Source: an uncultured virus (IMG/VR IMGVR_UViG_3300026549_002537) (lineage: Duplodnaviria; Heunggongvirae; Uroviricota; Caudoviricetes). Taken from it: DNA of 20,000 nucleotides. Below are positions 1 through 6,518 of this stretch, piece by piece. Positions within the stretch are counted from its first letter, which is position 1. Every line of letters begins with the position of its first letter. Made by a program: the position numbers and the translations under genes. The stretch is taken from IMG/VR virus record IMGVR_UViG_3300026549_002537; one strand, 5' to 3'. The notes under the pieces were generated by a model that was given only the letters and a program-made list of their open reading frames with translations, was not told the DNA's origin and made no database searches.

Positions 1-113
1 TTCTTCACAGACACCCGCATGTTCAGGTAGCGGAAAGAGAACAGGGGACATTTCAGCCCAGAGTCATCTTGTTTGGGCTGGGCAGATACTGGTTTAGGCC
101 TGTGCTTGGGCAT
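1..113 (-). CDS. Probable toxin partner of the Panacea antitoxin (5' part only; runs off the window edge)
   Basis: Manual translation from ATG at 113: MPKHRPKPVSAQPKQDDSGLKCPLFSFRYLNMRVSVK..., open to position 1. The start overlaps the antitoxin 3' end (94-113), as in coupled TA operons. Not in the ORF track. Confidence 0.55.
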   Translation of the reverse strand, partial: MPKHRPKPVSAQPKQDDSGLKCPLFSFRYLNMRVSVK

Positions 114-549
114 CGTGTTCAATCTGTGTCAGGAAAAATGCACGCATCTCCTCATTGGTAATGACCTCTCCAAGCTCGTGGTCTTTCCACGGGCCTTCCT
201 CATGAGTGAGGTTCATCAGTCCAACGGCAGAGTATTGGCTGTACTCGGAATACACATTCTCGAACACAGTTGCCTCTTCCGGGGTAAGCTCCAGGGTGTC
301 GGTGAACTTCTCGGGGTTAATGGAAAGGCTCTTGAACTTCTTGAACTCGTTGTACACGGCTGGTACAACAGGCCCGTAGGCCCATGCCTGTATTTCCTCA
401 TTGAACAGCGGCTCATTGAAGAATGCCAGATGGAAGCCCTGCATGTAATAAAGCAGCTTCTGGAGCTTCAGGTTGGATATGGAATCACCGTGCTCAGTGT
501 CGGTGCGCACGATAATCTTCTTTGCGATGTCGATGGCGTTGTAAGTCAT
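94..549 (-). CDS. Panacea/SocA-like (DUF4065, GepA-like) antitoxin, 151 aa
   Basis: Motifs 'ISNLKLQKLLYY.QG', 'AW.YGPV.P.VY' and 'L...TH.E.PW'. Start placed at MTYNAIDIAK (549), downstream of a consensus promoter, rather than at 738. Confidence 0.9.
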   Translation of the reverse strand: MTYNAIDIAKKIIVRTDTEHGDSISNLKLQKLLYYMQGFHLAFFNEPLFNEEIQAWAYGPVVPAVYNEFKKFKSLSINPEKFTDTLELTPEEATVFENVYSEYSQYSAVGLMNLTHEEGPWKDHELGEVITNEEMRAFFLTQIEHDAQAQA

Positions 550-579
550 AATCTTGTTGTTTATATCAATATTGCGCTG

Positions 580-610
580 CAAATTTACTGTTTTTATTTC
601 ATAAAACAAA
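580..610 (-). promoter_or_regulatory. Bacteroidetes sigma-A-type promoter for the Panacea TA operon
   Basis: Minus strand TTTG (610-607), 19-nt spacer, TAAATTTG (587-580). Matches the -33/-7 consensus TTTG-N19-21-TAnnTTTG. Confidence 0.75.
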
Positions 611-664
611 GAAAAACGCAACTTTTTAACGTGCGAGGCGCAAAAATTATATGCAAAAGGCGTG

Positions 665-752
665 CCAGTCATATCGCTTTCTGACAATAACCATACTGGA
701 AAACGACGATTATCATACTGATTATAACCGATAACCATATCAGAAAAAATGT
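665..752. repeat. Four degenerate 22-bp tandem units
   Basis: CATA cores at 670, 692, 714 and 736. Units begin CCAGTCATA, ATAACCATA, ATTATCATA, ATAACCATA. Confidence 0.5.
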
Positions 753-973
753 TAATCGGTGGGGGCGCCCAGACAGTCCACGATAAGGCGCACTTGTCGG
801 GGCGTGAAACTGCGGGAGTGGGAGGTGTAGCCGATGGAGCGCAAGCCGTCCATCAGTCCGGGGTATAGGGCGAGCCACCGCTTGAATTTCTTCCAAGCGG
901 ACTCCGGGGCAATGTCGGGACAATATTCCTGGGCAAGCTCCGTTCTGCCGTATTCCCTAATCTTGAATTCCAT
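752..973 (-). CDS. DUF4248-family small winged-HTH-like protein
   Basis: 73 aa with 'YGRTELAQEYCP', 'A.KKF.RW' and 'GY....RSFTP.QV.LIV..LG.P', typical of Bacteroidetes DUF4248. Divergent from an HU-like gene, the usual context. Confidence 0.85.
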   Translation of the reverse strand: MEFKIREYGRTELAQEYCPDIAPESAWKKFKRWLALYPGLMDGLRSIGYTSHSRSFTPRQVRLIVDCLGAPTD

Positions 974-993
974 TTAGAGTGCCTAACAAGCGG

Positions 994-1105
994 CAAAGGT
1001 ACGCATTTTCCGCGTGACGAAAGAAGGTTTTACCGCACAAAACAGGACATAACAGGACGGAGGGTGACAGAACCATTTTCGTGAGCCCGCGAAAATGTAC
1101 CTTTG
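994..1105. promoter_or_regulatory. Divergent Bacteroidetes -7 promoter elements for DUF4248 (-) and the HU-like gene (+)
   Basis: TACCTTTG on the minus strand at 994-1001 and on the plus strand at 1098-1105. AACAGGAC direct repeat (10-bp period, ~1041-1059) lies between them. Confidence 0.65.
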
Positions 1106-1145
1106 CGGCGGCAATAGTGCCACAGAACCAATGAAAAAATGCGTT

Positions 1146-2030
1146 ATGATCAAGTACAAGAAGTACAAAAACACAAATGAAAAGTCGACCTGCTTCGGCA
1201 AGTGGTATGGCCGCGCCGTGCATGAGCTGATGGAGTTCGACGAGTTCGTGGAGCACATGGCAAAGCACCACTGCGTGTACAGCGAGGGGACAATCCGCGG
1301 CGTGCTCATCGAGATGGAGATCTGTCTGCGTGAGATGCTGCTGGAGGGCAAGGCCGTCCGCTTCGATGACCTGGGCATCTTCCGTCTCGGGCTGGAGACT
1401 GTAGGCGAGGAAGACCCGTCCAAGTTCACTGCCGCCGGCATCAAGGGCATCCGCATGAACCTCTACCTCGGCAAGCGTTTCCGCGCTGCACAGCTGTTCA
1501 AGGATGCCAAGTTCAAGGAACTGGAGAAGTATGTCGGCGACGGCATCGACTTCGACCCAGAACCAGACGGCGAGAACGCTGCTACCGATGGCCAGGAGAG
1601 TACTCAGGGCGGCACTCAGGAACAGGGCGGCTCGCAGAACGGCTCCACTGGTGCTGGCAGTTCCAGCGGAACAGGTAGCAACACTGGCGGCTCGACGGGT
1701 GGCAACACCAGCGGCAACAGTGGCTCGCAGAGCGGCACAGAGGGTGACTACAGGATGGTCATCTACAAGTACGGCAGCGGCACATCGACCGTGACCGATG
1801 ACAACGGACAGGTCATCAACAACAATGACAATGTCCACTCTGGCTCGAATGTGAACATCAGCGTCGTGCCTGTGGACGGCAAAGAGCCTATTGCCAAGGT
1901 CAACGGCAACCGCATCATGCTGACTGAGAGCAACGGAACCTACACGGGCTCGTTCCAGATGCCTACCAAGGGCACTGTGCTGGAAGTCAACACCGAACCC
2001 AACGAGTGGGACTACGCTGACGAGAACTAA
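1146..2030 (+). CDS. HU/IHF-like DNA-binding protein (HU-HIG type) with Gly/Ser/Thr-rich linker and C-terminal beta-rich (Ig/InlB-B-repeat-like) domain, 294 aa
   Basis: N-terminal 'GKWYGRAV...EFVEHMAKHHCVYSEGTIRGVL...LLEGKAVRFDDLGIFRLGL' is the Bacteroidetes HU-like clade. It is followed by a low-complexity GSST linker and ~85 aa of alternating beta-strand pattern. Start MIKYKKY chosen downstream of the promoter. Confidence 0.85.
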   Translation: MIKYKKYKNTNEKSTCFGKWYGRAVHELMEFDEFVEHMAKHHCVYSEGTIRGVLIEMEICLREMLLEGKAVRFDDLGIFRLGLETVGEEDPSKFTAAGIKGIRMNLYLGKRFRAAQLFKDAKFKELEKYVGDGIDFDPEPDGENAATDGQESTQGGTQEQGGSQNGSTGAGSSSGTGSNTGGSTGGNTSGNSGSQSGTEGDYRMVIYKYGSGTSTVTDDNGQVINNNDNVHSGSNVNISVVPVDGKEPIAKVNGNRIMLTESNGTYTGSFQMPTKGTVLEVNTEPNEWDYADEN

Positions 2031-2072
2031 TCGGTAGCAAAGACCCAAAAGCCACGTTTTTTCGGTTTTTGC

Positions 2073-2103
2073 TTGGCTGTACGGGGATAATTGACTAACT
2101 TTG
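2073..2103 (+). promoter_or_regulatory. Bacteroidetes promoter with no downstream plus-strand ORF
   Basis: TTGG (2073-2076), 19-nt spacer, TAACTTTG (2096-2103), then CACCG. Confidence 0.6.
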
Positions 2104-2107
2104 CACC

Positions 2108-2219
2108 GTTGTTCGACGACCGCGACGCTTCCAAGGAGCCGACCAGTTCGTATTCGTAAGGGCCACCGAGAATGCTGAATCTCTTCGTCATCAGCCGCTT
2201 CTCGGAGGCCCTCTTTTTT
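2108..2219 (+). ncRNA. Candidate ~110-nt small RNA
   Basis: Bounded by a consensus promoter and a long hairpin + T6 tract, with no credible ORF. No RNA family recognised; the 5' end is approximate. Confidence 0.45.
2159..2219 (+). terminator. Long imperfect hairpin with U-tract (intrinsic terminator, possibly also acting on the convergent phage operon)
   Basis: AGGGCC-A-CCGAGAA-T-GCTGA (2159-2178) pairs with TCAGC-CGC-TTCTCGG-A-GGCCCT (2191-2212), followed by CTTTTTT. Confidence 0.75.
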
Positions 2220-2295
2220 ATACTGTTTCATTCGTCTGCGATTTTTTGATTTTGCACAGTGCTTTATAAGCACTCTTTATGAGCAAAAAAAATAA

Positions 2296-2730
2296 TCACT
2301 CCTTCAAATAACAGCGCACTTCCTTAACAAATTCGTCTATACTTCTGACCACTACGTACTTGTTTCCGTGAGCCTCTGCGTCTGCCTGCCACAGCTTCTG
2401 ACTGGCTGACTGCTTGCCGTCCTTTGTCTTGAACTCTATGCACAGACAACCGTAGCCTTTTCTGGGTATGAGGATAATCATGTCTGCCACTCCTGCGGTG
2501 ACTCCCTCTCCCTTCATGATGGCCGCTTCGCGTGCGTTCCTGGCACCACCATTGGGTACAGCGAAGCACAGACGGCTCAGCTTAGGATATTGAAGGTCAA
2601 ACCATGTTTTGCATGACCGCTGAAGCTCGCTCTCGATGTGTGCGGGTTTCTCGATGGTGCCTTTGTTGCCTCTGGCCAGCATCATCATGAACTTCTCTTC
2701 CGGGCTTTTTCTCCCTGTTCTCTGTGCCAT
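2296..2730 (-). CDS. VRR-NUC domain nuclease (putative Holliday junction resolvase), 144 aa
   Basis: 'ESELQ', 'FAVPNGG.R', 'GVTAGVADM', 'CIEFK...GKQS.SQK.W' PD-(D/E)xK pattern. ATG at 2730 follows the ssb stop. Confidence 0.88.
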   Translation of the reverse strand: MAQRTGRKSPEEKFMMMLARGNKGTIEKPAHIESELQRSCKTWFDLQYPKLSRLCFAVPNGGARNAREAAIMKGEGVTAGVADMIILIPRKGYGCLCIEFKTKDGKQSASQKLWQADAEAHGNKYVVVRSIDEFVKEVRCYLKE

Positions 2731-2734
2731 GGTG

Positions 2735-3112
2735 TCAGAAGGTGATAGCGTCGCCGCCGTTTGACTGATTGCTGTTGGAAGGCTTGGGGTCGAGAAGCTC
2801 CAGCACATCGACGTGAATCTCCGTCACGTAGCACTTGCGCCCCTGGTTGTCATCATACGAACGGGTCTTTATCTTCCCCTCAATGTAGAGCTTGGAGCCC
2901 TTGTGTACATACTTGGCCACCACATCGGCGGTCTTTCCCCATGCAATGCAGTTGTGCCACTCTGTGCGGTCTGGTACCTGAGTACCGTTCTGCAAGGTAT
3001 AGCCTCTCTCCGTAGTGGCGAGGGAGAACTGAGCCACATTTCCGTTTGAATAGGTCTGGGTCTTCGGATCATTGCCGACGTTTCCGACCAAGATTGCTTT
3101 GTTTATCGACAT
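2735..3112 (-). CDS. ssb: Single-stranded DNA-binding protein, 125 aa
   Basis: 'INKAILVGNVGNDP', 'FSLATTE', 'TEWHN', 'KGSKLYIEGKIKTRSY' OB-fold signatures. Confidence 0.95.
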   Translation of the reverse strand: MSINKAILVGNVGNDPKTQTYSNGNVAQFSLATTERGYTLQNGTQVPDRTEWHNCIAWGKTADVVAKYVHKGSKLYIEGKIKTRSYDDNQGRKCYVTEIHVDVLELLDPKPSNSNQSNGGDAITF

Positions 3113-3156
3113 ATAGATTGTACTATTTAAGATTATACTACTATACACCACCCATA

Positions 3157-3654
3157 CTATGGGTTAGTACTATGTTCACTATTGTAGCGAAAGTCTGTAA
3201 AGTGGATGATGATGCCGCTGTAAATGTCACGGCTCATGCCCTGACCGAAGAACCAGTCCTTGAACTCTTCGAGCGTCATGCCGTCATTCTTGGCCAGTGT
3301 CGCTATGTCGGTGAATCTCTTGCCGTCGATGACACATTTCAGCTCGTCGGTGTCACGGTCGTACTTCATCGTGAAACGCTGGTACCCTGCCTTGCGGTAC
3401 TCCTTGATGACCTTCTGCTTCACGCCTTTTCCGTAGGGTCTGCCGTCCCACTCGCGGACTGACATCACATAGCCTTTGTCATTCACCTTGTCAATGTTGC
3501 TGGCCCATCCGTCGTAGCGGCCTCTGCAGGTGTGGATTTTCCTGCCGTCCAGCAGCTTCTCTTTGAAATGGGTTGGCTTTCCCGCATGGATGGCGGTTTT
3601 CGGGTAGTGGTGCGACAGCATCAGTACCACGGTCTTACTCCTTGTTGTTTCCAT
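3157..3654 (-). CDS. ASCH/PUA-like phage protein
   Basis: 'FKEKLLDGRKIHTCR' and 'LAKNDGMTLEEFKDWF...GIIIHF' resemble ASCH-family motifs. Confidence 0.6.
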   Translation of the reverse strand: METTRSKTVVLMLSHHYPKTAIHAGKPTHFKEKLLDGRKIHTCRGRYDGWASNIDKVNDKGYVMSVREWDGRPYGKGVKQKVIKEYRKAGYQRFTMKYDRDTDELKCVIDGKRFTDIATLAKNDGMTLEEFKDWFFGQGMSRDIYSGIIIHFTDFRYNSEHSTNP

Positions 3655-3670
3655 ACTCTAATGTTGTTTA

Positions 3671-4171
3671 CTAAAATAATGATAATTGAATTGTCTCTGT
3701 ATGCTTCTTGGCTGGTGCCTTGGTGCATGGTTTTGTTCCGACTTCTGGAACTGGCTTCCTTGCCGGGGCCTCTATGTGGCCTTGTGGTGTGTGCTCCATC
3801 TTCCAGAGGGAATAGAACTCGTCGAGGGAGTCCGTTCTGAGGTGGTTTCGCTCGTTGTCCCAATGGGCTTTCCTGAATGCTTCGGACATGCTCGTTTCGG
3901 AAACTTTTGGAACGTTTTCGGAATATTTCGGTACGCTTTCTTCAATTTCTGGTACGCTTTTGGCAATTTTCGGAACACTTTCGGAATTTTCCGCATCCTC
4001 TGCTTTGTCGTACACATGACCAGGAGTGAAGAGGGCTATCGGGTGCTGACTCTGCAGCGGAATCCTCACCGCCGTCATTCCCATCATGTCATTCTCCCTT
4101 ACGACGTTGCCTTGGAGCACCTTGCCGTACCAGCGGACAAATACGGGGGTTCCTATAGTTTCATGTCTCAT
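3671..4171 (-). CDS. Hypothetical protein with 7-aa repeats (SESVPKI-like) and C-terminal QLSLF motif
   Basis: In-operon ORF abutting the upstream methylase stop. Internal heptad repeats; ends IQLSLF. Confidence 0.75.
   Translation of the reverse strand: MRHETIGTPVFVRWYGKVLQGNVVRENDMMGMTAVRIPLQSQHPIALFTPGHVYDKAEDAENSESVPKIAKSVPEIEESVPKYSENVPKVSETSMSEAFRKAHWDNERNHLRTDSLDEFYSLWKMEHTPQGHIEAPARKPVPEVGTKPCTKAPAKKHTETIQLSLF
3881..3985. repeat. Helically phased (10/11-bp; 21-bp unit) TTCGGA-like direct repeat array within a CDS
   Basis: Exact TTCGGA at 3881, 3896, 3917, 3969 and 3980. Variants at 3906, 3927, 3948 and 3959. Confidence 0.75.
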
Positions 4172-4668
4172 TATGATTTTGGGTTTAACAATACATATTT
4201 GCCTTCTATTTTACTTCTTTTCAGACGCTTGTCGCATTCATTCCCAAAAGCAACCAGGCATGACCCGAAAAATGAGTGTCCTGTTGTGCCGTCTGGTCTT
4301 GTGAATTTAATACGGTGCCTCATGAATATCATAGATGTTGCCGAAGGAAAGATTACCTCTTGCCATAGCAAGTTGTCTTGTCTGTTAACGAGAAGAGCAA
4401 TGCCGTTTCCATGATCAGCAAGTTTCTCACAGAAAGCCCGAAGCGGTTTACTGCTGTAAGGTGGATTCATCCATACTACAGAATCCCTGGGCCAATCGTG
4501 GGCAAGTCCGTTTTGTTCCTTGTTGTAGCTCAAAGGTGCTATCTCAAACGGTGGCTGCATCGGAGCACAAGGGTCAAGGTCAAACGGCCCAAGCTCGTCG
4601 ATAATCCATTTGGGGGTGTACCATTCATCAGACGAAGCCACAGATTTTTTACGTTGCCTTTTATCCAT
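4171..4668 (-). CDS. Phage DNA N6-adenine methyltransferase (phage Dam-like family)
   Basis: 'DEWYTP', 'FDLDPCA' and catalytic 'WMNPPYS'. Confidence 0.88.
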   Translation of the reverse strand: MDKRQRKKSVASSDEWYTPKWIIDELGPFDLDPCAPMQPPFEIAPLSYNKEQNGLAHDWPRDSVVWMNPPYSSKPLRAFCEKLADHGNGIALLVNRQDNLLWQEVIFPSATSMIFMRHRIKFTRPDGTTGHSFFGSCLVAFGNECDKRLKRSKIEGKYVLLNPKS

Positions 4669-4671
4669 ACA

Positions 4672-5415
4672 TCAATAGACACATTTTGGCATTTGTTTCC
4701 ATTCCTTGCCGTCGAGCAGACGGCCATTGTCTTTCTTGTTGCGCTTTATGCCGTCCTCGCCGTATGCTCCCCATTGCTTGAAGAAGAAAGGAACATTTGC
4801 TTTGATGCAACGGTCTCTGAGGTCGCGGAAACAATTTGCTGGTGTGTACCTTGCGCACGATCCGCTCTCGCCTCCAGTGATAACCCAATCAATGCCGTCA
4901 AGGTTGATGTTATCCAGATAGCCCATCAGAGGCTCACAACTGAGGAAGCGGACGGGTGCTTTGTCAATCCATCTGAGCCAGTCGATGCGGTCATAGTGAT
5001 TGAAGCTCTCACAGGTGACACCCAGCCATGCATTCTTAGGAACACCTTCACTCGCACCACCCATGAAGTATTTCGCCATCCTCTCAGCCCTCTTTGTGAG
5101 TATCTGGAAGGTGTGCTGTGGGTTCTCGCGTATCACCTGCATTACCTGGTCTATGTAGTCACAGGGTACGTCACGGTGGAACAGGTCGCCCATGGAGCAG
5201 ACGAACACCATGCTTGGCTTCTTCCACTTGTAGGGGTCTTTCAGCACGTCGGGGTTCAATGTTGGCTTGAAGCCGTTCTCATAGCTCTTGATGTGGTTGC
5301 CCTGCAATCTGCGGGCCATCACTTCTGCATAGCAATGTTCACATGCCGAGCTTACCTTGGTGCAACCGTGCATTGGTTGCCAGACTCTATCAGTCCATTC
5401 TATCTTTGTTGCCAT
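4672..5415 (-). CDS. DUF5131 / phage Gp37-Gp68 family protein (radical-SAM-like three-Cys motif)
   Basis: 'TKIEWTD..W.P..GCTKVS.ACEHCYAE', 'FVCSMGDLFH', 'HTFQILTKR', 'RFLSCEPL', 'WVITGGESG', 'PFFFKQWG'. Confidence 0.92.
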   Translation of the reverse strand: MATKIEWTDRVWQPMHGCTKVSSACEHCYAEVMARRLQGNHIKSYENGFKPTLNPDVLKDPYKWKKPSMVFVCSMGDLFHRDVPCDYIDQVMQVIRENPQHTFQILTKRAERMAKYFMGGASEGVPKNAWLGVTCESFNHYDRIDWLRWIDKAPVRFLSCEPLMGYLDNINLDGIDWVITGGESGSCARYTPANCFRDLRDRCIKANVPFFFKQWGAYGEDGIKRNKKDNGRLLDGKEWKQMPKCVY

Positions 5416-5474
5416 ACTGCAATGATATTAAATACTACTATACACACTACTCAATACATTGTACTATCCAGAGG

Positions 5475-6500
5475 TTACTTGCGAGGCTTCTTGATCAGGA
5501 ACGTCACATAGTCTCTGGTGCGTGAGAGGTTGTCGGATATATCGACAAGGACGCGCTCAGTCGTCTTGTCATATCCGAGGGCTTTAATCAGGAACTCAAC
5601 CAGGTCTTTATTGCTGACGGTCACGTTCCTTTTGTTCTTGATGCAACACGCGGCCCCGTTGGTGGTGTTGAAAACGAAATGCAGTGCTCCCGTGATATTG
5701 TCCTGTCTCAGTCGCAGGCGCATGAGGTTCGCGTCGATGATAACCTTGCTGTCCTCGATGTTCATTACCACGGTGTAATTGCCTTTCTTGTTATTGATGG
5801 CGAACTTGTTGGGGCCGATGCTGTTTACCAAGCTGCTCTTCTTATCAAAGTCGAAAAATGTGAAGTCTTCCATTTTCTTCGGTGTTGTTGGTGTAGTAAT
5901 AGGTTCTGGGATCTCCTTGTCAGAAACTTGTGCCGCATAGTTCAGGGCGTGCTCAATCTCCTTTTCCCTCTGCCTGTCAATGGTTTCAGTAGCACCAGTA
6001 AGCCTTTGTAGTTTGGCCTGCTTCTCGCCAATCTCCTTTTCAAGCTGGCGGGCCTGTTTCTCCAGCTGCTCCTGCTCCTTTGCGGCTTTCTCTTTCTCCT
6101 TTTTCACTCGGTCAAACTCCCCGGACTCGCATTCCTGGCAGTGCTTGTGGAGCTGGCCTTTGCTATTGTAGAGGAATGAGGACTTCGGCATCATGCGCTT
6201 GCAATGAGGGCAGTAAACCTGCTGCTCTGGCACGTCCATCTTGCCTGTATCGCGGAATTCCTGCAACTTGCGCTGCCATTTCTCATCGAGCTTCTTCCAG
6301 TACTGGAAATTGAAGATGGTGTTGCGGGCCTCTCCCATGTCGAAAGCATCCAAGATGGCATCTTCTGGGGCTACCTGTTCCAGATAGACATCGATGCTGA
6401 TGCGCTTGAAGCGGTGGTTGGCATAGAAATACTCGAAGTTGTTGAGCGTCCCCTTGTCTGTGAGGAACTTGCGGAATAGTGTTATCTCATCATACGTCAT
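5475..6500 (-). CDS. Hypothetical protein with CxxC-x19-CxxC zinc-finger-like motif and coiled coil
   Basis: 341-aa ORF in the operon. CPHC...CQEC followed by an E/K/Q-rich helical stretch. Confidence 0.75.
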   Translation of the reverse strand: MTYDEITLFRKFLTDKGTLNNFEYFYANHRFKRISIDVYLEQVAPEDAILDAFDMGEARNTIFNFQYWKKLDEKWQRKLQEFRDTGKMDVPEQQVYCPHCKRMMPKSSFLYNSKGQLHKHCQECESGEFDRVKKEKEKAAKEQEQLEKQARQLEKEIGEKQAKLQRLTGATETIDRQREKEIEHALNYAAQVSDKEIPEPITTPTTPKKMEDFTFFDFDKKSSLVNSIGPNKFAINNKKGNYTVVMNIEDSKVIIDANLMRLRLRQDNITGALHFVFNTTNGAACCIKNKRNVTVSNKDLVEFLIKALGYDKTTERVLVDISDNLSRTRDYVTFLIKKPRK

Positions 6501-6518
6501 ACGATACTCCTTTCTGCA

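Noticed and set aside
73..684. 203-aa plus-strand ORF
   Set aside because: Shadow of the Panacea antitoxin gene on the opposite strand.
550..738. N-terminal extension of the Panacea ORF to 738
   Set aside because: The extension spans the consensus promoter (580-610) and the repeat array. The family domain starts at MTYNAIDIA (549).
1590..1860. G/S/T/N-rich stretch of the HU-like gene as a possible TR or tandem repeat
   Set aside because: Ordinary low-complexity linker coding. No fixed period and no alignment with the VR at 13541-13654.
957..2273. 438-aa minus-strand ORF
   Set aside because: Antisense shadow of the GC3-rich HU-like gene. It crosses promoters and a terminator and has no recognisable motifs.
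2259..2285. GTGCTT-TAT-AAGCAC palindrome and CTTTAT(A/G)AGCA repeat after VRR-NUC
   Set aside because: Short and AT-rich, with no U-tract in a terminator position. Not enough to assign a function.
4378..5511. 377-aa plus-strand ORF (also 3686-4414, 9246-9878, 14969-15796 and similar)
   Set aside because: Antisense to well-supported minus-strand phage genes; no motifs.
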